This document shows positions 30,066 through 39,229 of a DNA stretch of 64,000 nucleotides, piece after piece (the first letter of the stretch is position 1; each line of letters begins with the position of its first letter). The notes under the pieces are model-generated. The model had not been told where the DNA came from, did no database searches, and was given only the letters and a program-made list of their open reading frames with translations. The stretch spans positions 224,001 through 288,000 of the forward strand of contig CAWCUS010000006.1 of assembly GCA_963798845.1 (NCBI GenBank), in the 5' to 3' direction. Source of the stretch: an uncultured Gemmatimonadales bacterium (GTDB lineage: Bacteria > Gemmatimonadota > Gemmatimonadetes > Longimicrobiales > RSA9). Made by a program: the position numbers and the translations under genes.

Positions 30066-30956
30066 ATGCTGCCGAACAGCGACAACTACCTGGTCCGGGC
30101 GACGGCCTTCGAGGGGAGAGTGAGGGCGCTGGCCGTGAACTCCACGGACGCGGTCCACGAGCTCGCCCGACTCCAGGGGACGGACCCGGCGGCTACGGCT
30201 GCGCTGGGTCGCGTCGCCACGGGCACCCTGCTCCTCGGCTCCACCCTGAAGAAGGAGAGCCATCTGGTCACGGTGCGGGTGAAGGGTGGGGGGCCGGTGG
30301 GCATCGTCATGGCCTCGGCCAACGGCCGCGGAGAAGTCCGCGGCCTCGTGAGCAATCCCCGGACCGGTGTCCAGCAAACCGTAAACGGTAAACTGAACGT
30401 GGCCGGCGCGGTGGGGACGGGCGGTCGCATGACCGTGATCAAGGACCTGGGCCTGCGCGAACCGTACAACAGTACGGTGGAGCTGGTCTCGGGCGAGATC
30501 GGCAAGGATTTCGCCTACTATTTCGCCCGCTCCGAGCAGCTCCCGTCGGCGGTGGGGCTCGGCGTCTACGTGGATCGGGCGGGCGAGGTGGTCGCCGCTG
30601 GAGGGTACATCATCCAGATCCTGGGCGGGCTCCCGGAGGACGACGCCATCGCGATCGAGCGCGACGTGGCCTCGCTGCCGCACCCGACCACCATGATCCG
30701 CGCGGGCGAAACGCCCGAGGACATCCTGGCGCGCGTCTTCGGCAGCGACGTGAACGTGCTCGAGCGCACGCCCGTCCGCTTCCACTGCCCGTGCAACCGC
30801 GCCCGCGCGGCCCAGGCGCTCATACTGCTCGGCCCCGCCGAGATCGATGCCATCGCCGAGCAGCAGGCGGAGCGCGGCTACGCGGACGTGACGTGCGAGT
30901 TCTGCGGCTCGAACTACCGCTTCACCCTGGACCAGCTCGCTGCCCTCCAGAATTGA
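30066..30956 (+). CDS. hslO: Hsp33 redox-regulated chaperone
   Basis: ATAALGR, KGGGPVG, YFARSEQLPSAVGLGV, AAGGYIIQ, zinc motif CPC..CEFC. Confidence 0.95.
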   Translation: MLPNSDNYLVRATAFEGRVRALAVNSTDAVHELARLQGTDPAATAALGRVATGTLLLGSTLKKESHLVTVRVKGGGPVGIVMASANGRGEVRGLVSNPRTGVQQTVNGKLNVAGAVGTGGRMTVIKDLGLREPYNSTVELVSGEIGKDFAYYFARSEQLPSAVGLGVYVDRAGEVVAAGGYIIQILGGLPEDDAIAIERDVASLPHPTTMIRAGETPEDILARVFGSDVNVLERTPVRFHCPCNRARAAQALILLGPAEIDAIAEQQAERGYADVTCEFCGSNYRFTLDQLAALQN

Positions 30957-31039
30957 CAGCTCGCGACTTCCGGGCTTGCGTCACCGGCGGCGCAGGAGCG
31001 AAATTGTCGAATCCCCGGTCCAGCCAAATCGAGATCAAT

Positions 31040-31822
31040 ATGCATCTGAGGCGACGTCGCAGAGCAGAGGCCCGTCCGCGCACCGGTCTGATCGACGACA
31101 TCGAGAAGCTGCTGAAGCGGGCGCTGTTCGTGCCCCTGCTCATCCCGTTGCTCCTCTTTGGCGGCTGGGGGCTGGGCAAGGTGACGGCCCGCGGTGTCTC
31201 GCTGCCGACCGACATGCCGGTGCTCATCGCGGCGGCAGCCCATACCCCGCGTGTGCAGCTGGAAGCACTCAGCCAGCACATGGGCGCGGTCCGCGATGAG
31301 GGGCAGAACACGGAAGAGTACGTCCGGCTGTACCAGACTCACGTGCGCCCGGTGGAGAACTCTCTCGCCCGGCGGGGCGTTCCGTCCGAGCTTGCCCGGC
31401 GCGTGGCGTGGCCGCTCGTCCAGCACGCCTACGAGCGAGGTCTCGATCCCGCCACGGTGGCGGCGGTTGTCCTGGTGGAGTCCCGGGGCCGGCCGAAAGC
31501 CACCAGCTTCGTGGGCGCGCGCGGGCTGATGCAGGTCATGCCCGTTCACGAGGGTCGCTGGCGCGGGTGCGGCGCCAACATGTACGACATCGAGACCAAC
31601 CTCTGCTACGGCACCAGCATCCTGTCCTGGCTGCTGCAGCGCTACGGGGGCGACGAGCGGCGCGCCCTCCTGGCGTACAACGGCTGCGTCCGCGGGACCA
31701 ACACGCCGAACTGCGGCACCTACCCGTCCAAAGTCCGCCAGGTGAGGGACCGCCTGCGTCGCGAGTGGAACCGCACGCCCGCCGGGCTCCCCACCGGCGT
31801 GGGCGTGGCCGCATCGCGCTGA
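31040..31822 (+). CDS. membrane-anchored lytic transglycosylase (SLT domain)
   Basis: N-terminal TM; LDPATVAAVVLVESRG (catalytic Glu), GARGLMQVMP, ALLAYNG. Confidence 0.88.
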   Translation: MHLRRRRRAEARPRTGLIDDIEKLLKRALFVPLLIPLLLFGGWGLGKVTARGVSLPTDMPVLIAAAAHTPRVQLEALSQHMGAVRDEGQNTEEYVRLYQTHVRPVENSLARRGVPSELARRVAWPLVQHAYERGLDPATVAAVVLVESRGRPKATSFVGARGLMQVMPVHEGRWRGCGANMYDIETNLCYGTSILSWLLQRYGGDERRALLAYNGCVRGTNTPNCGTYPSKVRQVRDRLRREWNRTPAGLPTGVGVAASR

Positions 31823-31832
31823 CGGGACCAGC

Positions 31833-31868
31833 GACCCGGGCGCACCCGCCACGGGTGACGCCCGGGTC
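31833..31868. terminator. hairpin between the convergent SLT and dipeptidase genes
   Basis: GACCCGGGCG-CACCCG-CCA-CGGGTG-A-CGCCCGGGTC. Confidence 0.55.
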
Positions 31869-31903
31869 CCGGTCCGGCCGCCGCGTCGCCCGCCAGCCGC
31901 TCG

Positions 31904-33262
31904 CTATTTGACCAGCTCGTCCCAGAGATAGGCCGCCGAGTGCGTCCCTCGCTCGAACGCCCGCACGGCGAACCACTCGTCCGGGGCGTGGGCGTTCTCT
32001 CCGGGCATCCCGAAGCCCATGAGCAGCGCGGGCGCCTCCAGCACCTGCTCGAACTCCGGCACGATCGGGATCGACCCCCCTTCACCCGCGTAGGCGACGT
32101 CGGCGCCCCACGCTTTCTCCATCGCCCGCTCCGCCGCGGTGTACAGCTCGCTCCCGAGCGTGGCTCGCCATGGATGGCCCCCGTGCAGCGCCCGCACCTC
32201 CACGGTCACGCCCTGTGGTGCGACCGCCTCAATGTGGCGCCGTACCACCTCCTCGATCCGCTTCGGGTCCTGGTCCGGCACGAGGCGGAAGCTGATCTTC
32301 GCCATGGCCGCGGCCGGGAGCACGGTCTTGGCCCCTTCCCCCGTGTACCCGCTCAGCAGCCCGTTGACCTCGACGGTCGGGCGGATCCACAGGCGCTCCG
32401 GCGTGCTGTAGCCCGCCTCGCCCACCTCCTCCGTGCCCGTATCGGCGCGGAAGCCTGCGTGGTCGAACGGGACGTCCGCCAGCTTCGCCCGGTAGTCGTC
32501 CATGGCCAGCACGTCATCGTAGAAGCCGGGGATGGTGGCGTGCCATTCACCGTCGTGCATGGAGGCGATGATCCTCGCCAGCGCCGTGGCCGGGTTGACC
32601 ACCGCACCCCCGTAGCTGCCGCTGTGCAGGTCGGTCCTGGGGCCGTGGACATGGACCTCGAGATAGGTGAGCCCGCGCAGCGATGTGCCGATGGTGGGCA
32701 CGTCCTCCGCCACCATCGTGGTGTCGCTGATCACCACGTAGTCGCACGCCAGGCGCTCCTTGTGCGCCTTGATGAAGGGCATGAGGTTCTCACTCCCGAC
32801 TTCCTCCTCGCCCTCCGCAATGACCACCACGTTCACCGGCAGCGATCCGTTCACCTCCATGTGCGCCTCGATCGCCTTCACGTGGAGGAAGAGCTGGCCC
32901 TTGTCGTCCACCGCGCCACGTGCGTAGATCCGACCATCGCGCTCCTCGGGTTCGAACGGCGGCGACGTCCACTCGTCCAGCGGCTCGGGCGGCTGGACGT
33001 CGTAATGACCGTAGATCAGGACGGTGGGCGCGCCGTCAGCCGCGCCCCGGTACTCGCCCACGACGATGGGGAAGCCGTCCGTAGGCTCGATGGAGGTCTC
33101 CAGCCCCGCGTCGCGCATCCGGTCGGAGAGCCACTCGGCGGCTTTCGTCATGTCGCCGGCGTGCTCCGATTTGGCGCTGATGCTCGGGATGCGGAGGAAT
33201 GCGTCCAGCTCCTCGCGGAAGCGGGACATGTTCTGGTCGATGTACTCGTGGACGTCCGCCAT
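31904..33262 (-). CDS. M20 family dipeptidase (ArgE/DapE-like)
   Basis: LRIPSISA, YGHYDVQP, ARGAVDDKGQ, EGEEEVGS, DLHSG, GGSIP, HAPDE. Confidence 0.93.
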   Translation of the reverse strand: MADVHEYIDQNMSRFREELDAFLRIPSISAKSEHAGDMTKAAEWLSDRMRDAGLETSIEPTDGFPIVVGEYRGAADGAPTVLIYGHYDVQPPEPLDEWTSPPFEPEERDGRIYARGAVDDKGQLFLHVKAIEAHMEVNGSLPVNVVVIAEGEEEVGSENLMPFIKAHKERLACDYVVISDTTMVAEDVPTIGTSLRGLTYLEVHVHGPRTDLHSGSYGGAVVNPATALARIIASMHDGEWHATIPGFYDDVLAMDDYRAKLADVPFDHAGFRADTGTEEVGEAGYSTPERLWIRPTVEVNGLLSGYTGEGAKTVLPAAAMAKISFRLVPDQDPKRIEEVVRRHIEAVAPQGVTVEVRALHGGHPWRATLGSELYTAAERAMEKAWGADVAYAGEGGSIPIVPEFEQVLEAPALLMGFGMPGENAHAPDEWFAVRAFERGTHSAAYLWDELVK

Positions 33263-33369
33263 GGCTGTGCTCCGGTTGGGTTCCTGACCTGCGGCGGATG
33301 TAGCGCGAACGGACCCCCTCGGCAAGCGAAGCGGCGCTCGATCGCCTTCTCGTCGGCCGGCCGCCGATC

Positions 33370-34407
33370 CTAGCTCGGGTCCGGGGCCGGGAGCGTGGAG
33401 CTCAGCGTGTGCCAGTACAGGTGCACGGAGTCCGGCTCCCGCTCCATGAGCGTCAGCAGCGCGGCCGCGGTCTTGGCCGTGTACGTGGGGTCGAGCCCGA
33501 TGCTGCGCTCCGCGAACCACGCCGTGGCCCGCTCTCCCGCGTCCGTGGGGTGGCCGTAGCCCGGACCGAACCAGTCGTCCACCAGCTCGACGCCCGCCAT
33601 CACTTCATCCACGCCCGGCACAGCAGCGCCCCCACCCTCGAGCAGGCGGAGCCCTCCCTCCACCAGTGCGCGCAGCCGGCCCGGGTTCGCCACCGTGCCG
33701 GGGACGATGCGGACGCCGGTGATACGGCGGGCCGGCGCGGGGAGTCCGACGGCCGGAGCCAGCGCGCAGCCGATCGCCAGCCCGGACAGCGTGCCCAGGG
33801 TTCCCGCGGCGACGGTGATCCGGTCGGCCCGTGGGGCAACGCCGTCATCCACCTGCTCGGCCAGCTCCAGCGCGGCGCCCACGTGGCCGAGCACGCCCAG
33901 CGGACTGGAGCCGCCGCCTGGAATCACGTACGGGTGGTCTCGCCGTCGGCGCAGGCGCGCCGCGACTTCGGCGAACGGCAGGGTGGCCCAGCTGGAGCAG
34001 CGACGGACCTCGTCCGCCCACGCCCGGTTGAGCGCCGCGATCTCCCGCGTGTGCGGCGTGTCCGGCTGCGGGAAGACGACGAGCGTGGTGGGGAGCCCGG
34101 CGCGGCGGCCGTGGACGGCCGTCGCCAGGCAGTGGTGCGAGGCTTCCACTCCCGTGGTGATGAGGCGCCCATGCCCTTCCGACCTGGCCGCGGCCAGCAG
34201 GTACTCCAGCTTTCGGACTTTGTTGCCGCCGTACAGCGCGCTGGATCGATCGTCGCGCTTCACCCACAGCTCGCCGATGAAGCCGCCCGGGACGTCCGCA
34301 ACGCGCTCCACCGGCGTGGGCCAATCCCCCAGGCGGAGCCATGGGATCTTCCCCTCCAGCGCGGGCAGCGCTCGGAAGAGCGGGTTCGGTGATGGGACGT
34401 CGCGCAT
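33370..34407 (-). CDS. PLP-dependent D-cysteine desulfhydrase/ACC deaminase family enzyme
   Basis: PTPVER, WVKRDD..YGGNKVRKLEY, IPGGGSSPLG, LDPTYTAK, LYWHT. Confidence 0.85.
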   Translation of the reverse strand: MRDVPSPNPLFRALPALEGKIPWLRLGDWPTPVERVADVPGGFIGELWVKRDDRSSALYGGNKVRKLEYLLAAARSEGHGRLITTGVEASHHCLATAVHGRRAGLPTTLVVFPQPDTPHTREIAALNRAWADEVRRCSSWATLPFAEVAARLRRRRDHPYVIPGGGSSPLGVLGHVGAALELAEQVDDGVAPRADRITVAAGTLGTLSGLAIGCALAPAVGLPAPARRITGVRIVPGTVANPGRLRALVEGGLRLLEGGGAAVPGVDEVMAGVELVDDWFGPGYGHPTDAGERATAWFAERSIGLDPTYTAKTAAALLTLMEREPDSVHLYWHTLSSTLPAPDPS

Positions 34408-34466
34408 TCCGGCAAGGTAACAGCCGGGCTGGCGCGCGCGCTCCCCTCGCCGCATGCTGACCGGCC

Positions 34467-35827
34467 ATGGTCCGATCACCGCGGGACCCGACTGCCGCAG
34501 GGACGCGCTGGCGCGCTCTGCTCTCGGGAAACGTGCTCTGGCTGAGCATCGCGTCGTTCCTCAACGACGCCTCGAGCGAGATGATCTTCCCGCTCCTGCC
34601 TGCGTTCCTCGTCGGCACTCTCGGGGCGAGCGCCGTGTTCCTCGGCCTCGTGGAAGGGGTGGCGGAGACCACGGCGTCGTTCGTCAAGCTGGCGGGCGGC
34701 TGGGCGTCCGACCGCCTGCGACGACGGCGTCCGCTCGTCGCCTGGGGATACGGCATCGCAGCAGCCACCCGCCCCCTCATGGCTGCCGCCGCCCACCCGT
34801 GGCACGTGCTTTCGATCCGCTTCGCCGACCGGGTGGGGAAGGGCGTCCGCACCGCACCCCGCGACGCACTGCTCGCCGACTCGGTCCCGGCCGACCGCCG
34901 CGGCCGCGCTTTCGGGATCCACCGCGCCGCCGACCACGCCGGGGCGGTGGTCGGGCCGCTCCTCGCCTCCGGCCTCCTCCTGCTCTGGCCCGGCCGGCTG
35001 CGGCTCGTGTTCCTCCTGGCCGCCGTCCCCGCCGCCCTGGCCGTCGGCATCATCGCGCTGCGTGTCCGCGAGATCCTGCCACCAGGGACAGCTGCCGCGT
35101 CACGGCGAGGAGGTGCGAGCGGCGGAGCGGACGCGCCGGCGAAGCGGACGCGGCCGGCGAAGCGGACGCGGCCGGCGGAACGCAGCCGGCGAGCACATTG
35201 TCGCCTGGTGCGCCCGGCGGATCGAGCGCGACCGGACCGGGAAACGCCCCGGATGCCGACGCCGCCCCGGCGAGTCTGGGACGCGGCTTCGTCGCCTACC
35301 TGGCGGTCCTGGTGCTGTTCACGCTCGGGAACGCATCCGACGCGTTCCTGCTGCTCCGCGCGCAGTCGCTCGGCGTGAGCCTGGCGCTGATCCCGATCCT
35401 CTGGGGCGCGTTCCACGTCAGCAAGATGGTGTGGAATCTGGTGGGTGGGGGACTCGCCGACCGGATCGGGCCGGTCCCGGGAATCGTGGCCGGCTGGATC
35501 GTCTACGCGGCCAGCTATGCCGGCTTCGCCCTGGCGACCCGACCGTGGCACGCCTGGGCCCTGTTCGGCGTCTACGGTCTCTTCTACGGTCTCACCGAGC
35601 CGACGGAGAAGGCGCTCGTGGCCGGGCTGGCCCCTTCGTCCGCTCGCGCCAGGGCGTTCGGCGCCTACCACTTCGCGATCGGCATCGCCGCCCTCCCCGC
35701 CAGCCTCCTGTTCGGCGCCGTCTGGGAACTGTGGAGCCCCGCCGTCGCGTTCCTGCTGGGCGCCGCGCTCGCGATCCTGGCGGCGCTCCTCCTGCCGTTG
35801 GCGGTCCGTCAGGCGGAGAGGACTTAG
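34467..35827 (+). CDS. MFS transporter; -1 frameshift at about 35135 in the central loop
   Basis: N-half LSIASFLNDASSEMIFPLLP..DRVGKGVRTAPRDALL in one frame; C-half LFTLGNASDAFLLLRA..TEPTEKALVA in another. Confidence 0.9.
35127..35179 (+). repeat. 18-bp coding repeat (ADAAGE) x3 in the MFS loop
   Basis: GCGGACGCGGCCGGCGAA copies; the first lacks one G. Confidence 0.8.
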
Positions 35828-35884
35828 GATTCGGCCTACCGGTTGGTCGGCGTCGTGCCGCCCCGCCTCTCCCACCCGGCCGCC

Positions 35885-36721
35885 TCACGCATCCTCGCCA
35901 CTCCCTGCTGGCCCGCTCTCGCCATCCTCAACCTTCAAACCGCGGGCGCCCGAACGCGGGCGCGGATCCGCCCGCTCGACGGCTTTCCAGGTCCTCGCGG
36001 CAATGGCCCGGATCAGCTCCGCCTCGCGTTCATCGACCCCGGCGCGGCGCACGATCGCGCGGAGCGTCCGCAGCACGGCCTCCGGGTTCTTCCCGCCCCG
36101 GTAGAAGTTGATGGACTGAAGGTGCCGGTCGACGTGCTCGAACACGCCGGCGAGGTGTGCTGTTGTGGCGGGCGCCGCGTCGCGGCGAGGCCGGGGCAGC
36201 GGCTTGTCGCTGCCGGGGCCGGCCAGCCAGAGCTCGTAGCAGACGAGCAGCGCCGCCTGTGCAAGGTTCAGCGACGGCCGCTCGGGGTCGGTCGGCACGG
36301 TCCAGATGCGGTCGCAGCGGTCGAGCTGCTCGTTCGTCAGGCCGATGTCCTCGCGCCCGAATACGACGACGACGGGGCCGCGGCCGGTGCCGGCGAGACG
36401 CAGGATGTCATCGACGCCGTCGCGCGGGTGCTCCCACGCGTGCCGCATCGCCCTGCGCCGCGCGGTCGTGCCCACCACTTCCACCGCGTCGGCCGTGGCC
36501 TCTTCGAGCGTGTCGAAAAACTCGGCCCGGTCGCGCACGATCTCGGACCCGTGGGCGATCCCCTCGATCCGGTACTCATCCCATTCCACCGGATTCACGA
36601 GCCGGAGCCGGCGCAGCCCCGTGTTCATCATGGCGCGGATGGTACCGGCGATGTTGACCCGGTCCTGCGGCTCGTTCAGGACGACGACGACGTTTTCCTG
36701 CAGCAGCTCTCGCTTTTCCAT
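35885..36721 (-). CDS. SPOUT-family tRNA/rRNA methyltransferase (TrmJ/TrmH-like)
   Basis: VVLNEPQDRVNIAGTIRAMMNTG, VGTTARRR, VFGREDIGLTNEQL, SLNLAQA. Confidence 0.9.
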   Translation of the reverse strand: MEKRELLQENVVVVLNEPQDRVNIAGTIRAMMNTGLRRLRLVNPVEWDEYRIEGIAHGSEIVRDRAEFFDTLEEATADAVEVVGTTARRRAMRHAWEHPRDGVDDILRLAGTGRGPVVVVFGREDIGLTNEQLDRCDRIWTVPTDPERPSLNLAQAALLVCYELWLAGPGSDKPLPRPRRDAAPATTAHLAGVFEHVDRHLQSINFYRGGKNPEAVLRTLRAIVRRAGVDEREAELIRAIAARTWKAVERADPRPRSGARGLKVEDGESGPAGSGEDA

Positions 36722-36767
36722 GGCGGGTAAGTTAGCAGGTTGCGGGCGGCTGCTGCTCCGCTACCCC

Positions 36768-38060
36768 TTATCCCGCCGGCGGACCGGTCGTCGCCTCCAC
36801 CTCCACCTCCACGCCCAGCAGCTCGATCTCCGTGGCCGTTTGCCACACCTGGAGGACCGGGAACCGGGAGGCGAACCACGCGAGGGCGCCGATGAGCAAC
36901 CCGAGCATGGCCACCGCCGCGCCTGCTTCGGGGAGCCCGAAGAGGAGCTGGGGGGCGTCGGGGTAGAGCGTCGGGTACACCAGGATGTATCGCTCGAGCC
37001 AGAGGCCAAAGAGGCTCACGAACGCCACCAGGGCGAGCACCACCGGCCTCTTCTTCGCCTGCACGCCGAGCAGGCTGAAGAAGGGGAGCACGAACAGGAA
37101 CAGGCCGATGACGATGGAGAGCGGGCGGTACGGCGCGCCGAGCCGGTGCACCAGGAAGCTCTGCTCGTTCGGCAGCTTTCCGTACCAGATCACGATGTAC
37201 TGGGACCAGAAGAGATAGGCCCAGAAGATGGAGAACGCGAAGAAGAGCTTCCCCAGGTCGTGCAGGTTCGCGCCCTCAATGTATTCCTCGAGCCCGAGCC
37301 GCCACCGGTACAGCACCGCCGCCACGGCGGTCGCCGCAATCCCTCCCAGGAACGCGGCCATGAAGACGTACGGCCCGATGAGCGTGCTCAGCCATTCCGG
37401 GTCGAGCGACATGACGAAATCGATGGCGACGAAGCTGAACGCCAGCGCGTACACCAGCGCCATCGCCGGCGCCAGCCGGCTCAATCGCCGCTGCGCCCGC
37501 TCTTCCTCCAGCTCCTGGCCGTTCCACCCGCGGGTCAGGCGGTCGAAGCCACCCCAGCCGGCGTCGCGCGCCAGTCCGGCGTCCGGGCGGAGCTGCCAGT
37601 AGACGAACACGAGGGAGAGGATCATCAGCGCGCCCAGCGACACCACGTGCCGGGCCCAGAGGAACGGCATGTTCAGGTACGCCGCCTTCGCCCCGACGTC
37701 CTCGTGGAGCCACGGGAACAGGTGCGGCGCCCCCCAGATCAGGATGGGCGGGAGCAGCAGGATGTAGGCGATGGGGAGGAACGCGCTGAACGACGCCGAG
37801 ATCCGGCGGATCGGGCGGGACCACACGCCGCGGGTCATCGCGACCACGGCGGCCAGGATGACGGCGCCCTGGGCGATGCCCGCGAAGAAGATCCAGTTGT
37901 AGGTGTAGGCGCGCCAACCCCGATCGGCATCGGCGGACAGGCCGATCGCCCACCCAATGGCGCCGGCGAGGAACAGCACGGCCGCGGCCGCATAGAGCGG
38001 CCCTGGCCGCTCCACTCGCCGGAGCGGGTATTCCTTCAGCTCCCCAATGTCTTGCGCCAT
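36768..38060 (-). CDS. actF: alternative complex III subunit F (NrfD-like membrane protein)
   Basis: About 10 TM; DFVMSLDPEWLSTL, HDLGKLFFAFSIFWAYLFWSQYIVIWYGKLPNE; last gene of the act operon. Confidence 0.88.
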   Translation of the reverse strand: MAQDIGELKEYPLRRVERPGPLYAAAAVLFLAGAIGWAIGLSADADRGWRAYTYNWIFFAGIAQGAVILAAVVAMTRGVWSRPIRRISASFSAFLPIAYILLLPPILIWGAPHLFPWLHEDVGAKAAYLNMPFLWARHVVSLGALMILSLVFVYWQLRPDAGLARDAGWGGFDRLTRGWNGQELEEERAQRRLSRLAPAMALVYALAFSFVAIDFVMSLDPEWLSTLIGPYVFMAAFLGGIAATAVAAVLYRWRLGLEEYIEGANLHDLGKLFFAFSIFWAYLFWSQYIVIWYGKLPNEQSFLVHRLGAPYRPLSIVIGLFLFVLPFFSLLGVQAKKRPVVLALVAFVSLFGLWLERYILVYPTLYPDAPQLLFGLPEAGAAVAMLGLLIGALAWFASRFPVLQVWQTATEIELLGVEVEVEATTGPPAG

Positions 38061-38061
38061 G

Positions 38062-38712
38062 CTACTCCTGCCCCTGCGATGTCGTGTCCGCCCCGGCCTG
38101 CGTCCCCGGGGCTCCGGGCTCCGGCGGCATGACGAGGCCCGGGAGCTGGACCGGGATCGGGTCGTTCCCCTGCTGGAGGTACCGGACGTAGTTCACCACT
38201 GCCCAGCGCCTCGACGGCGGGATCCTGTCGTAGCTCGGCATGAGCCCGCGGCCCAGACGGATCATGCCGTACATGTAGCCGTCCGTCCGGTTGACCGTCG
38301 TCGGCAGCATCAGGTTCGTCGCCAGCGGGAACTTCCCCGGGGCCACGATCGGTCCGTTCCCCACGCCGGTCGCTCCGTGGCACACGGCACAATTCGTCAT
38401 GAACGTCTCGGCCCCCACCTTCAGCACGTCGTCCGTCATTGCGAGCGGGTTGGTCATGGTGTCCCCCCACGCCCGAATGCCGGCGTCTGTCGCCTCGACC
38501 GGCGGCTCCCACTTCTCGCCCGGACCGGCCACGGGCACCGAGTTCGGCGGCGCCGGCCGCGGCGCTTCGTACGGGTCGAAGAAGGGCGCCTCGTGCATGA
38601 AGTCCAGGAAGGGAACCGACGCCATGGCGTTTTCGATCCGCGTGCACCCGCCGATCACCAGCGTGGCTGCCGCCACACCGGCCAGCAGCGCCGCCCGCAC
38701 CTCACGACGCAT
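38062..38712 (-). CDS. actE: alternative complex III monoheme cytochrome c lipoprotein
   Basis: Lipobox IGGC; CAVCH; GRGLMPSY; RWAVVNYVRYLQ. Confidence 0.88.
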   Translation of the reverse strand: MRREVRAALLAGVAAATLVIGGCTRIENAMASVPFLDFMHEAPFFDPYEAPRPAPPNSVPVAGPGEKWEPPVEATDAGIRAWGDTMTNPLAMTDDVLKVGAETFMTNCAVCHGATGVGNGPIVAPGKFPLATNLMLPTTVNRTDGYMYGMIRLGRGLMPSYDRIPPSRRWAVVNYVRYLQQGNDPIPVQLPGLVMPPEPGAPGTQAGADTTSQGQE

Positions 38713-39229
38713 GGCTACTCCCTTCATCCCACGGCTGCACTTCCGCCGCGCCGCTCGTTTCCAGGATCCCCCTGGCCTCCGCGCCCCGCCCGTCGGGCGC
38801 GTCCACGAGCACCCCGAACTGACCGGCGGAAAACGTGGGGTCGTACGCGATCCCCCGCCCGGGTGCACCCAGCCGCGCGTTGATGAACAATCCCACCACC
38901 GTCGCCAGGGCGCCGAACAGGATCGTGAGCTCGAACCCGATCACGACGAACGCCGGCAGCGCGATGATTGCCTTGCCGCCCGTGATCAGCGGCCAGTCCA
39001 GCGACGTCCAGATGGCCAGCGCGAACCCCGAGGCCGCCCCCGTGAGCCCGCCCACCAGCGTGTACAGCCGCACCGGGCTCTGCGGCCGATGGAGCGCGTG
39101 CTCGAGGTCGTGCTGCGGCAGCGGCGAATAGCTTTCCACGTCGGTGAGCCCGGCGTCGCGCAGCGCCTGGATTGCAGCCGTCGCCGCGTCCACCTCCGGG
39201 AACACGCCCAGGTACCGTCCGCCTGCCAT
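38702..39229 (-). CDS. actD: alternative complex III subunit D (DUF3341)
   Basis: YSPLP, DWPLITGGK, PAFVVIGFELTILFGA, YDPTFSAGQFG. Confidence 0.9.
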   Translation of the reverse strand: MAGGRYLGVFPEVDAATAAIQALRDAGLTDVESYSPLPQHDLEHALHRPQSPVRLYTLVGGLTGAASGFALAIWTSLDWPLITGGKAIIALPAFVVIGFELTILFGALATVVGLFINARLGAPGRGIAYDPTFSAGQFGVLVDAPDGRGAEARGILETSGAAEVQPWDEGSSHAS

